A stretch of DNA of 64,000 nucleotides from Macrostomum lignano (Eukaryota): positions 434,001 to 498,000 of the forward strand of contig NIVC01000158.1 of NCBI GenBank assembly GCA_002269645.1, written 5' to 3'. This document shows positions 49,052-59,778 of this stretch, piece after piece. The translations under genes were made by a program, and so were the position numbers. The notes under the pieces are model-generated. The model did not search any database. It had not been told where the DNA came from and saw only the letters and a list, made by a program, of their open reading frames with translations. Numbering within the stretch: the stretch's first letter is position 1; the number at the start of each line of letters is the position of its first letter.

Positions 49052-52000
49052 GTGGTCGGGGTAGTAGGAAGTCGCTGTGGGCTCCGGTTTTGTTGCGGTG
49101 ATGGTCGGTCGTTCGCATTACCATAAGGCGGTGTGTTCGACCATAAGTTAGTGTGTTGGCAACGCAGATTCGACCAATGTTGCAAAGGAAAATTAGTAGT
49201 GCAGCGTAGACAATTACAGCAGAACTGAACAGAAACTTCTCCATATGATTCTGTTGGAATCTTTCCCAACTGAAGAAGGTAGATGTCCAAAGATTCTGGT
49301 AAGCTTCCAAGGCGTTTAGGCCAAACTGCTTGAATTCATCCTTGTGGAGACGTCCAGTAGCGTTGTTTAGTTTAAAGACAGTGATTAGAAAATCACGTGT
49401 TTGGATGAAACTTTCCATCATGTCAGTTATTGTTACTGGTGATCGTAAAGCGCTGTAGTTGACGTCTCCAAGTGGCGTGAAGATACTCTGTCTAATGTCG
49501 GAGTATAAGGACTGTAGGAGGTAGGTTTCGTCGGATCTATTTTGTGCTTCTATCGGACTAAAGGAGCTGAAGTTGGCTGTGGCTTTGTAGATGAATTCAC
49601 CCTTTGGAAGATAGTAGTCTCGTAGGTAACGGCAGGATATTAGTGGTGGTCTTGCTGTTGAGATGATCGATGTCGTTGTATCGAGGAATCCGAGAACAGA
49701 CTTATTGTGGAGTTGAAATTGTATCGGTGGTCTTGTGTAGCATTCGTCTCGTGAGTATCGCGGTTGAACGAACTGGAACTGACTTAGTGGCTTACATTGG
49801 TGAACAAAGATGTAGCCAGCGATGGAGTGCGCATAAATGAATTTGTCAGCGAATAATTGACGCGCAGCTAGTGTCGGATTGGTATAGTATAGGTTGCGAC
49901 TATAGCGAAGATTCAAAGCGTACATCTTGCACTGCGTAGTCGTCAGTTGAGTGTGTAGTTTCTTGAGATCGAGTAGAGTCTTCGATTGAAGTCCTTGTAG
50001 TTGACTGGAGAGAAGCTGTGCCGAAACGAGGTTTTCTGATAGCTTGAGTTCAGCGTTGGTGATGTTGACTGTTTTGTCTGGAGGTGGAATCGCGCGACGG
50101 ATTCTGTCCTGATGTTCCAGCATTGGTGGTTGGTCGCGGTGTAGGTATGGTATATTAAGAGGATCAGGTTCCAGTATGGTAGTAGGTGTTGTAGACATAG
50201 GTCCAGGAGTTAGTTGTTCGGTGGTAATACCGGTAGATGTCGTCGTTTTCGTAGTTAGCGGACTATACGACGTAACTGTAGTTGTGGCTACTGTCGTTGG
50301 TAGAGTTGTAGACTTAAGTTGAAGAGATGTAGTGTGTTGAGGTTTTCTAAGCGACATCGTTGTTGTGGGTGTTTGAACTGTACTAGTCGCTATTGTCGTA
50401 GTTGGTGGAGTTGTAATTTCCAGATTTAGAGGTGTGGTAGTAGATTTTTTAATTGTAGAGGTAGTGACAGTAGGCTCGGATGTAGGTGAAGCTGTATCAA
50501 GCGTCTGCTGTGAGGGTAGAGACGTAATAGTTGGAGCTTGAACTGTCGTCGGAATCGGTGTGGTTGACGGTTGTTCTGTGGTAGCCAATAAGTCAGGTAG
50601 TGAACGGCTCTGTCGAGAAGATGAGCTGCTGTCAGCTGTTAAAGCATCCGCGGCTTTGACAGAGCGTGTTGTGTTGCTCGTGGTGTCATCAGCTGTAGAT
50701 TGCACAATCGCGATTGACTTTAAGAAGTCTTCTTCTCTGTTGTCGAGCACTTCAACGTACAGTTCTTGTTCGGAAACATATAGTCGTTTCGTTCCAATTG
50801 AGCAGGTAAGGCGGAAGGGTTGAAGCGGCAATTTAAAGGTCAAAGCCAATGTCTGTTCTTCGTTAATGAAGAATCCCGAGTGTATGTTACCTCGAATTTG
50901 TCGGAATGGCGTGAGTATACAGTCCGAACGGCTTGTTGTTTTCCACGTAAGTGTCAGTTTTCGTTGGCCAGTAACGGTCAGTTGTTGTGTCGCCGGTGGG
51001 TCGAGAGTGTCCCATGCGTTTTGAAGGAGAGTTGTCGGTAGGTTATAGCGTTTCATGTTGTCAAAGGTTGTCTCAATAATGCAGCCTTGAGATGAATAGC
51101 TACAGTGTGCCATGGAGAAGGCTAACGATTCCATTGGTTTGCTAGGAGAGGCGAAAGCTATTATCCCTTGTATGAGTGTTGAAACTATTTGAGTTCGTGC
51201 CTTGCGATGGTAACAGTCTTCGAGGAAGGAGGTTCCTGTATTGGAGCGAGAGATTTTGTAGTTTCCAGTGGTGGCAACCAGTTGAAGCTGACCATCAGGT
51301 GAGTTATATGATTCGGTCCAATGTTGGCAATCTTGTGCGGCGACTGTAAGTGGGCGTAAGGTTACGTACGCATCACGGAGAGAGCGCAGAACCTGGCTCA
51401 TTGGGAGGCAATTAACCGAGATTTCCTCACGGAAGCATAAGCTGACTGGTGTTCTGGTTTGCTCCAGGTTAGTAGAGTAGAGCTGTAAGTGCACTGGTGT
51501 CGTAACGTCCTGTGACGACGTGAACTGTTCGCATCTGATCTGCTGAGGAATCTTGAAGATGCGCACGGGTCCATCTAATGGACAGAGCATTGGTGTGTCC
51601 ACGTAGAGTGGATGTTGCTTAGGATTCGATGGCAGTGGTGTTGTCTGCACCGTCGGGAATAGCGATAGCCAGATGAGTGTCACGAGAAGCGTCGTTAGAC
51701 CAGTTAGTCGACGTCCTTTCTGCTGAGACAGTGGTCTTTTTACGTGTACCTGCTGTCGCTGGGCACGTAGCATATCTTTTCTTAGCTTTGGTTGAGCGGC
51801 TGATAGCGTAGTGTACGGTTGAACGTGGATGACTGACAGTGTAGATGGACTGTCGCGGATTAATTTCTTAAACTGCCTGGTCGAGCCATGGAACTTGTAC
51901 TCAATTGGTCTGTCCAAAGCATAGGTTGGAGTAGCCGTTGACTTTGCCACAGGAACCTCAGTGAGACGCTGTGGAGCACTGGGTGTGCTGTTCGGTGGCA

Positions 52001-53678
52001 CAATTTGTTGAGGCGAGTCCATAGTCGGCAGTTGTGGCATGGGGTCGTTCGAGACAACCTGAATTGAGTTTACACCGGCTGCAGGAGGGCGCGGTGACGG
52101 TGTTCTGGAACGTCCGTGGTTTGGTGAATCAGAGTGGCGTTCCCGTTGATATCGTTGAGTGGGGTTGCGCTGAAATTGTACGCGCCGGCCTAGATTATAC
52201 CGCTGTGGGTTATTGTTTGTTGTTCTCCCCTGTTTAATATCGTGTAGGGTACGACATTCTTCGGTATCATGGGTGTCCGAGTTGTGAAAGTGGCAGTATT
52301 TGGCTGGAGAGCCTGTGTCTCGGCTGCGAGGATCATCGGAGCCTCGTCTGTACCGGTCTTGAATCGGTTGATTGCGTGTCCACTTAGAGTCAGCCTGTCT
52401 TGGTTGTCTAGCATTGGCAGTTTGTTGGCGTGCATTTCGAGGATCCTGGTAGCATCGATCTGTTGTGTGTCCAATCCTGTGGCAGAATTTGCACGTTGGT
52501 GGTTCTCTCGTATTGCTAGCGCCTTGAATAGCCGCTACTATTGGCTTGGGCTTGATGGTTCCACATTCTAAGGCAGCAAGGCGTTTTTCTATATCGGCCG
52601 GAACGTTGTTTGGGGCCGTTAATTGTGAAGACTGCTGTATTTGTTCAAGGCGAATGGCCTGGTTGAGCAGCTGTTGTTCGGTATTCAGCGGGTTTCGCAG
52701 TAGTTCAACGCGAAGGTGAGGTAGAGCGCCACTTAGTATATGGCCGATCAATGTTTTGTTAAACATTTCATTTCGTTGGTCAATGACCGCTTGGTTAGCC
52801 GGTGCATTTTCGCCATCCACGGGTGGTAGTGGCGAGACTTCTGGGTATATGGCACGAAGTTTGCGGCGAATGTCCGTGTAGTACTGGATGAATGGCTCAC
52901 CCGGGAGTTGTCGGCGGTTGGCGATGTGATGTAGTGCCGAAGTGGATCCGAGAGTGAGTACCGCTATTCTGTCGGACAGAGACCGAACTAATTGGGTGTA
53001 GTCATTTTGTGTCTCGGCGGGTAGAGCGGCATATTCGATCTTTAGGAGATCGTTGAGGAGCCGAGGAAAGATGCGAAGCTTTGAGTTTTCATCTAGATTA
53101 AAAGTTCTCGCTGATAGATCATACTCCATGATGAAAGAGGCAAAATCATGAAGTTGATCTATCTCCTTGAGACCTTCGCGGATCTCGTTGATGGTACTAG
53201 CTGGGATTGCAGCGTGTGGTCTTTGTTGATCTCGCACAGCATTGATAAATTGTTGCATTAGTGCTTCTGCCATTGTAACGTTGCTCTCAGTTTCCTGGAT
53301 ATTGGCGTTATTTTGATTCAAATGATCAGGTTGCAGAAGTGGCTGTGGAGGATGTTGTTCTTGTTGCTGCTCGTACAACTCAGAAGGTTGTTCTTCGTCT
53401 CTGGTGCCGATGGCAGTGTTTTCTTGATGGAGGCCAGGTAGATGGCAAAATGTAGCTGGGGTAGCTGTTTGTGTTAGTTGCTGTTGGGTGTCGTCAGTAT
53501 GGTGTCCTCCAATGCCAGTAGAATGTCCACCAATACCAGTAGAATGTCCACAAATGCCAGTAGAATCACCAGAAATATCAATAGGATTTTCAGCGACACT
53601 GGCAGAATTTGGTGTGGATATTGCAGGCGGCTCTTGTTGTTGTTGTTGTCCGAGTTGGGTACCAGAACGCAATTTCAT
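49014..53678 (-). CDS. gag-env: Gag-Env fusion polyprotein, 1554 aa
   Basis: Gag part: capsid-like region (RRQLPGEPFIQYYTDI), CCHC knuckle CKFCHRIGHTTDRC (aa 396-409) and CHFHNSDTHDTEEC (aa 462-475). Internal signal/anchor at about aa 658-680. Cys-rich ectodomain with a Thr-rich mucin segment, RIRR furin site (aa 1192-1195) and gB-like motifs (AQL..QC..NP..AG.I.V.QC.P, CYTRP.I.F). C-terminal TM from about aa 1482. Confidence 0.88.
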   Translation of the reverse strand: MKLRSGTQLGQQQQQEPPAISTPNSASVAENPIDISGDSTGICGHSTGIGGHSTGIGGHHTDDTQQQLTQTATPATFCHLPGLHQENTAIGTRDEEQPSELYEQQQEQHPPQPLLQPDHLNQNNANIQETESNVTMAEALMQQFINAVRDQQRPHAAIPASTINEIREGLKEIDQLHDFASFIMEYDLSARTFNLDENSKLRIFPRLLNDLLKIEYAALPAETQNDYTQLVRSLSDRIAVLTLGSTSALHHIANRRQLPGEPFIQYYTDIRRKLRAIYPEVSPLPPVDGENAPANQAVIDQRNEMFNKTLIGHILSGALPHLRVELLRNPLNTEQQLLNQAIRLEQIQQSSQLTAPNNVPADIEKRLAALECGTIKPKPIVAAIQGASNTREPPTCKFCHRIGHTTDRCYQDPRNARQQTANARQPRQADSKWTRNQPIQDRYRRGSDDPRSRDTGSPAKYCHFHNSDTHDTEECRTLHDIKQGRTTNNNPQRYNLGRRVQFQRNPTQRYQRERHSDSPNHGRSRTPSPRPPAAGVNSIQVVSNDPMPQLPTMDSPQQIVPPNSTPSAPQRLTEVPVAKSTATPTYALDRPIEYKFHGSTRQFKKLIRDSPSTLSVIHVQPYTTLSAAQPKLRKDMLRAQRQQVHVKRPLSQQKGRRLTGLTTLLVTLIWLSLFPTVQTTPLPSNPKQHPLYVDTPMLCPLDGPVRIFKIPQQIRCEQFTSSQDVTTPVHLQLYSTNLEQTRTPVSLCFREEISVNCLPMSQVLRSLRDAYVTLRPLTVAAQDCQHWTESYNSPDGQLQLVATTGNYKISRSNTGTSFLEDCYHRKARTQIVSTLIQGIIAFASPSKPMESLAFSMAHCSYSSQGCIIETTFDNMKRYNLPTTLLQNAWDTLDPPATQQLTVTGQRKLTLTWKTTSRSDCILTPFRQIRGNIHSGFFINEEQTLALTFKLPLQPFRLTCSIGTKRLYVSEQELYVEVLDNREEDFLKSIAIVQSTADDTTSNTTRSVKAADALTADSSSSSRQSRSLPDLLATTEQPSTTPIPTTVQAPTITSLPSQQTLDTASPTSEPTVTTSTIKKSTTTPLNLEITTPPTTTIATSTVQTPTTTMSLRKPQHTTSLQLKSTTLPTTVATTTVTSYSPLTTKTTTSTGITTEQLTPGPMSTTPTTILEPDPLNIPYLHRDQPPMLEHQDRIRRAIPPPDKTVNITNAELKLSENLVSAQLLSSQLQGLQSKTLLDLKKLHTQLTTTQCKMYALNLRYSRNLYYTNPTLAARQLFADKFIYAHSIAGYIFVHQCKPLSQFQFVQPRYSRDECYTRPPIQFQLHNKSVLGFLDTTTSIISTARPPLISCRYLRDYYLPKGEFIYKATANFSSFSPIEAQNRSDETYLLQSLYSDIRQSIFTPLGDVNYSALRSPVTITDMMESFIQTRDFLITVFKLNNATGRLHKDEFKQFGLNALEAYQNLWTSTFFSWERFQQNHMEKFLFSSAVIVYAALLIFLCNIGRICVANTLTYGRTHRLMVMRTTDHHRNKTGAHSDFLLPRPRVVSTISTYFAL

Positions 53679-55613
53679 GCAATGATCTGTGGAATGGGTT
53701 TACTTCGAGTGGTCTTGCAATTAAGAGTTGAAAATAATCCGCAATTTTGTAACAATAAAGATTTGAAATAGCGTGAAGCAATAGCATCTGAGCGTGATTT
53801 GCGGTCATCTATCCAGGGTCAGTTTTTTGTTTTATATAAGCAAATTTTCAATATGTAGAGCTTCGGTAGCTGTAGTATCATTTATCAAAAGTGTGAGTTT
53901 AGAGCAATTTTGAGCAAGTGTTGAACAGTTGTATAAAGTAGAACTGAGTAGAGTCGGCTGATGCGCCTGTACTAATTATAATATAGCTCAGCGGTGGAGC
54001 GGTTAAAATATTTCATAGAAGCAGCAAGAAAAGCTGAGCCTCATCCTTGGATTGAGTTTGATTAGAATTTGAACAGATTTCGGTAGAAGATTCAGCGGAG
54101 GCGGCAATGTGCGCGTTGATTGATGCCTTTGAGATTGAACGGATTGGCGTTGAAAACTCAGCTGGTGAGTTGTGGTTAAGATGCCAGCGGATGTGGCGAT
54201 GCGTATTGAGTACGCGATTTGAATTTGTTGTAAAAGGAACGAAAGAGACTCTGCAGAAGTCTGTGGAAGCAAGGCAGAGGCGTATGAGTGGCGTGCCAAA
54301 ACTTCAAACTTGGAACACGATGAGCATGAACCAAGCACCAGTCCTGGGTTTAAGTGTGTAATTGACAAATAGATTCGGCCGACTAAAATAGAATTATTAT
54401 TACCTGAAGGCAGGTGTAGAGGTCCTGTGTATAGGACAAATTGCCGCGGGCTTATCGCTGCTAATCATGAAGAAATGATGTGGCTGCTTGAAATTGAGAA
54501 ACAAGGAATAGGGAATAGGAGAGGGTGGGTAGCAATCACAGCGTAATTTTTATTTTGTTTTGAGAAATTTTGAACGACTGCGAAGGCTAAAGGGCTGGTG
54601 TATGGGTAGACGAGGGTGGTAGGTTGTACTTTGCGGAGAAGGAAAGCGGATTGTAGTATAAATAAGAGCTTGGGACGGAAATTATTCCCATTAGAGAACA
54701 ATGGGGGTTTCTGATGGGAAAGCCCAAGGAGGGGGAGCAGCCATTGAAACAAAAATGAATTCCCTGGGGTAAGAGAAGATTGAGAGTACTGAGAGTGTCG
54801 CACCGGTGTGACAGAATCATTCTCCCTCACTTTCTATCCCTGGGGATGAGAATTGCAGCGGAGAGAAGAGCTGGAGCGGATCACAGCTGAATTGTGGTAG
54901 GGCGTTGAGCCAACTGAGTGAGGCGCGGAGCCGATAGGGCGTTTTAGCCAACTGAGTGAGGCGAACTGAGGCCAGTTGAGGCTGGTTTGTGAACTGATGC
55001 AGACCGGAATGGAACTAGAATTTCCAGAAGACGAAAAACGATGCAGATCTGCTGTGAACCAGCCGGAGTAAAGGCGGAATTCTCCGGACGAGAACTGGTT
55101 TTGCGAGGCTAAAAATAGAAAAAGGATTGAGACAATGCTGGTTGCCTGGTTGGGATTTGTCGCCCAGGCAGGATATTTATAGAACAGAGTGAGATTGTGG
55201 AGAAAGAGCAAGGTGAACTTGACGTTCTTTGAGGTGAGGCGAGCAAAGTACTCGGAGAAAGTATATCAGAAGGGCGTAAATAGTGGGAATGGGTGGATTC
55301 CCATCGGAACCGGTTTGAGGACTGGTTCGCTGCTGGTTCTCCGAAGCGGGAGAGCGATTAGAGGTTGTAAATTTAAGAACATTAAATAACACTAATCTTT
55401 TCTACGATTCTACAGCTTGGGAGAATCATACACGTAGTATTTTTGTAGTTTTGCAAATTGTATTGGTTTTTATATTTTGTAATTTTTTAATTTTTATATT
55501 TTTTACTGACCCTTTCTAAGATGCCATCACTAGCTCATAGCCAGCTCCACGGAGGTGTTCACCCCAGCATATTGAAGCCGGGCATGTTGAAGGAAATTAC
55601 GGAGAGAAACAAG

Positions 55614-55625
55614 GTCGGGGAGCCA
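55614..55625 (-). promoter_or_regulatory. Primer-binding site complementary to the tRNA-Asp 3' end
   Basis: TGGCTCCCCGAC follows the 5' LTR after 1 nt. Animal tRNA-Asp(GTC) typically ends ...GTCGGGGAGCCA or ...GACGGGGAGCCA (recalled, not searched). Confidence 0.75.
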
Positions 55626-55626
55626 G

Positions 55627-56203
55627 TCAAATGTTTTAGAATAATGTGTTGCGGGGGTGTGCCCCTCTGACGATGACTATGATCGTTGATGTTGCTGTTG
55701 AATCAAATAAGTCGGAGGTTCGATTTGTTTCTCTCGATCTCTAACCTTCAACAAGATGTTTATTACTAATCAATGTTAGTAGCAATTCCTAATAGGATAT
55801 TGATCACGCAATTACGCAAATTTGTTAAGCAATTCAGTGAAAATGGAGCCACAGGCTACTTATCGATATTGTTGCACGAATTGACGTTTGTCCGGATTTA
55901 TCTCTGTTAAATCGGGATATTAGAGTTCAGGCCCGATTGTTGGGGCAAGCTAGCGGAGCAGTTGGGAGGCAAAGAGGCGGAGAGCCGAGAACCGGGAAAA
56001 AACTGGAGAGAGGCTTCATTCTCACTGAACGCTAGTATATATATGATTTCTATAACGCATTTCATTGGTGTTCGCTTCACGCAATAGGATCTTTACTGGT
56101 GCACAAGCATGTGCTGTACTTTCCTGATAGAAAAAACTTCTGAAGTTCGCATTAGACTAAAAAATAACATTGGGCATAACATGCTTAAATTAAGATCACT
56201 TCA
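55627..56203 (-). repeat. 5' LTR
   Basis: Matches 42829-43405 by inspection. Confidence 0.95.
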
Positions 56204-57566
56204 GTTGCTATGGTGTGTGTTATAGTGGTTGCTATAGTGTGTGCTTGCTTATGGTTGCTATAGTGTGTGTTATAGTGGTTGCTATAGCTTATTTTGGAAA
56301 TCGGTGTTGTTAGCACTCATTTTGGCGCCGTAGGCACTCATTCGGCGCCAAAGGCGCTCTACTTCGGCGCCGTGAAGCAAAATGATTGATTTCCATACCA
56401 GGTCACAAGATGGGGCGGGGCGACAAAGCATTGGCATGTCTCGCCATCCTTTTACAACCAGCTCTTAGCAGAACATCTTCATTCGCTGTGTGACTGGTCC
56501 AGCTCACTCTCAAAGACACGCCTTAAAAACCACAAAACTCCATTGACTCGATTCTTCTCTCCATTGCTGGCGACATTATCCAGCACTCCGGCCAATGTGT
56601 GAGAACAGGGAGAACATTATAGCAGTCAAGAATTCCTAAATTCGTCTTCATGTTGACTTTACCAAATATGAAGTGACTGCTACTAAAACTTGAAATTAAT
56701 AAGGCTAAGCTACATGTATCGCCCACAAGACAGTGTGAAGTCGGATCACAGTGTGTACAGTTTATTGATTTTTTGAAGCGCGGGAAGAAGTCACGCCATC
56801 TATAGACGAAAAATCTGAATTTTATTTCAAAGTATAGTAAGTACTCATAAGTGTTTGTCTGTCCATCCAGACCATGTATATGGGTTGATGGGGGGGTTTC
56901 TTTCGCTAAATAATGCTAAGTTTTGTTTGAACTATAAATAATCAGTTATTTGGCCGAAAGAAGCAAAAGCACAACAGCAAGCAACAGAGAAGCAAAAGCA
57001 ACTACACGTAAATAATGAAAAAGAAAAAATGTACACAAAAAAATTAAAAAGCGACAAATTTACAGACAATGAGTTTTGGAATTCTGACAAATTTTAAATT
57101 GGAATAGATTGGACAACATGCAACTAAGGCATGGATAGATGCTACAAAACTCTTAAGGTCTTGCTTGAGTAGAAAATCCGTTGAACTTGTGTACTTTGAC
57201 CCATGGTTGGGGATTTTTACATCAATCTCACTAACTCTACGAGACTGCTTGAGATCGCGCAGTGACCTGCACATCTTCGGTTTATACAATTCTTGGAACA
57301 GAAATTCTTTAATAAGGCTAAATACGCTGTCTTCTTCTGAATAATCGAATCTCAAAGAATGGCTTACACATCAGGCGCATAATTTGCGTCCAGTTGTTGT
57401 AGCACTGAAATATTTCGAATAGCGTCGCATAGTGGCATAAGGCTGGTCTGTTCTGTAGTCAAGCTCTTAGCTCCTATGTCCACTGTAACACCCGAGAGTA
57501 CAGTAGAAGAAAATCAAGTGACACTTCTTACAAATTGAACTGAATTCAACGCTAGTGCAATACAAA

Positions 57567-59072
57567 CTAAAGCTGTGTGATTTCAATATCCTCTGGCATC
57601 TCAACAGCCCGAACAGTAACCAGGGAGCGACGATGAAGCAGCTCCTCCTGCTGCTCCTGGACGATAAAATCTGACTCGCTTGACGAATTTGACTTGTCAG
57701 CCTCAATCTGAAACACGTAGGCGGGGTTTGGACAAGTTTTCGGGCTGTGTTCGGTGGAGCCTGCAGTCAGCCGGTGGTTCGCTGAAGGACTCGAATAGAG
57801 GCAGCTTTCAACGCGTTCTCCCTCGGCGCGCATCGCCCGCAACTCCTGGTCCATCAGACTGAACACTGACGACAGCAGCTGCGGATTAGCGTGAAACTGC
57901 GGCGCTAGGAGGTTATTGCGCTTCAGGCGCTCCTCCCAGTGCGGCGGCAGGTTGACAAATTGTTCGGCCTCGCGATCGTAGACCAGGCTCAGCAGCTCCC
58001 GAGGCTGTCGCGGCGGCGGTGTCGGCGGCGGCGAACCGGCATCGTCTGCATCGTCCGTATTGCCTTCACCAGCTCGCTGCTGCAGTGGCGGCTCTGCTGC
58101 TTCCACTGCGGTTGCTTCCGCTGCAGGTACAGTTGCTGAGGCCGGGACCTTATTTAAAAAAGATGCTGTCGTTTTGCTTACACTACGTAGCAATTCGCTC
58201 TGGCCCTACTTTTGAAATCCATGTAGTTCTGTCATAAAATTCCACAATGTCTACAAGACCAAAACGTCAACTCCCGGAAGTAAAAGAGCCATGACACCCT
58301 TACGTAAATGCTTGCGGACTCGTGGCATGCTTACGAAAAAAACGAGCACGGAGATCCTACAGAGCCTACCTACAGACCCCATACCCTACAGAAAGCAAGG
58401 GCAAGCCATGAACTCGTGCCTGTTTGCGTTACGCGTGGCATGGACTTGCTCGGGAAATGCGGCGTACGAGCGTAATTAGAGAAACTATCTTCCAACTCCA
58501 GCGCATTCCAAGAAGTGTGCAGGACTCAGTCTGTTACAAGAAAACTAGAATAAGTATACTCAATCGCATTTTCAGAATGATGTAAGATTTCTTCTCACCT
58601 GTTCTGCTGGTGAGACTGGGAACGGCTCTTCACTAATTGATTCAGTCGCCATTGCAGCTCGTTCCTCCTCTCCAGGTTCTTCTTCAATGACTGACATGGT
58701 GATCAAAGGAGCTGCTTCTGCTGCTGTTGCTTCTGCTCCTGTTGCTGCCGTTGCAGGTATAGTTGCTGTCGAAGATGATATCGACTGATCAGTGTTGCTA
58801 CCCGCTGGTTGGGCCTCGAAGTACTGCCGCCAATTCTCGGGTATCCCGTCAAAGCCTTGACTACCCGCATTGAAAGTGATGTGCATCACCCGCTTCACGT
58901 TCTGCGGCGTTGAAATTCGACGACCACCTTTGCTGGAGCCGCTGCTGCCGTCGTCGCCGCCTTCACTGCTACCGTCGCCGCTGCTGCTGCCTTTGCCACC
59001 ACCGCGATTCCTGCGCTTAAATAGCGACGCTATGGAGTCTCGGACACTGTCCAGCTTCTTTGTGGAAGACAT
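57567..59072 (-). CDS. Protein with two PAK p21-binding/autoinhibitory (PBD/CRIB-like) segments; exons 59072-58599 and 58148 to about 57567 (3' end uncertain)
   Basis: ISTPQNVKRVMHITFNAGSQGFDGIPENWRQYF and LVYDREAEQFVNLPPHWEERLKRNNLLAPQFHANPQLL resemble PAK ISxPxxFxHxxHVGFD..GEFTGMPEQW..LL..SNI....NPQAV. Phase-0 GT-AG intron at 58598-58149. Confidence 0.65.
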
Positions 59073-59760
59073 TCTACCACGTCTGAATGCACGGACCCGC
59101 CCCGGTGAGCAATGTTGACAGTGAATGGGGCTTATGCGGGGCAATCCAGTAATGGTGTGCCGTCAATATGAGAGCTACTAAGGGCCCCAGCTCTGTGCAC
59201 AAAGCCTACTGCCGGCGAGTTTTTCATAGGGCAGTTTATAAAAGAAGGGTTGAAAAGCAAAATGTACATCAGTTCAATGCGCACTACAGACGCCGAAGAG
59301 GGACTGAACTGTACATTGGCCTGCAACGCTCCTGCGCCTGCGTAGTGAACGAGATAGAAAATTTCTCAGTCTTTTTATCTCGCTACTTTCCTGCGGCGCT
59401 GCACCCCCCCCTGACTGACGATATTCACAGCTGTTTTACTGCTTGCCTGGGTGCATTATCCGAGAGTTTACTTCGAACGCTGGAGAAGATTCTAAATTTA
59501 GTAACGAAGGTTCAGTTTAACAGCTTAACATTGCAAGACGAAATGAAGTTCCGCCAATAATCAAGGTAACAAAATCTGTAATGTCGAACAAGCCTAAACT
59601 CTGGAATAAGGAAGAGAAGAGATGATCGAACAGTTCTTTTAGCTGGTTTATACCCTCTGTAGTCGATTAGATTATTAGCATATTTTTGCATCACTCTCCC
59701 TACTCAGTATACATCTAGCTCGTACTTCAGTATTCTGCGTACACTTATGAGCACACACAA

Positions 59761-59778
59761 TGTGTGTGTGTGTGTGTG
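59761..59778. repeat. (TG)n microsatellite
   Basis: Direct reading. Confidence 0.9.

Larger units (their letters stand above)
42829..56203 (-). mobile_element. Full-length Ty3/Gypsy LTR retrotransposon with a gB-like env (13,375 bp)
   Basis: Two apparently identical 577-bp LTRs (55627-56203 and 42829-43405), 4-bp TSD GTTG, PBS TGGCTCCCCGAC, purine tract GAAATAAGGGCAA before the 3' LTR, and PR-RT-RH-IN domain order. Confidence 0.95.

Noticed and set aside
45623-53808. Short plus-strand ORFs antisense to gag-env/pol
   Set aside because: These are typical shadow ORFs of long coding regions, with no motifs.
56523-57355. Possible PAK kinase-domain exons
   Set aside because: No kinase motifs (GxGxxG, VAIK, HRD, DFG, APE) were found in the listed ORFs or in the frames I read.
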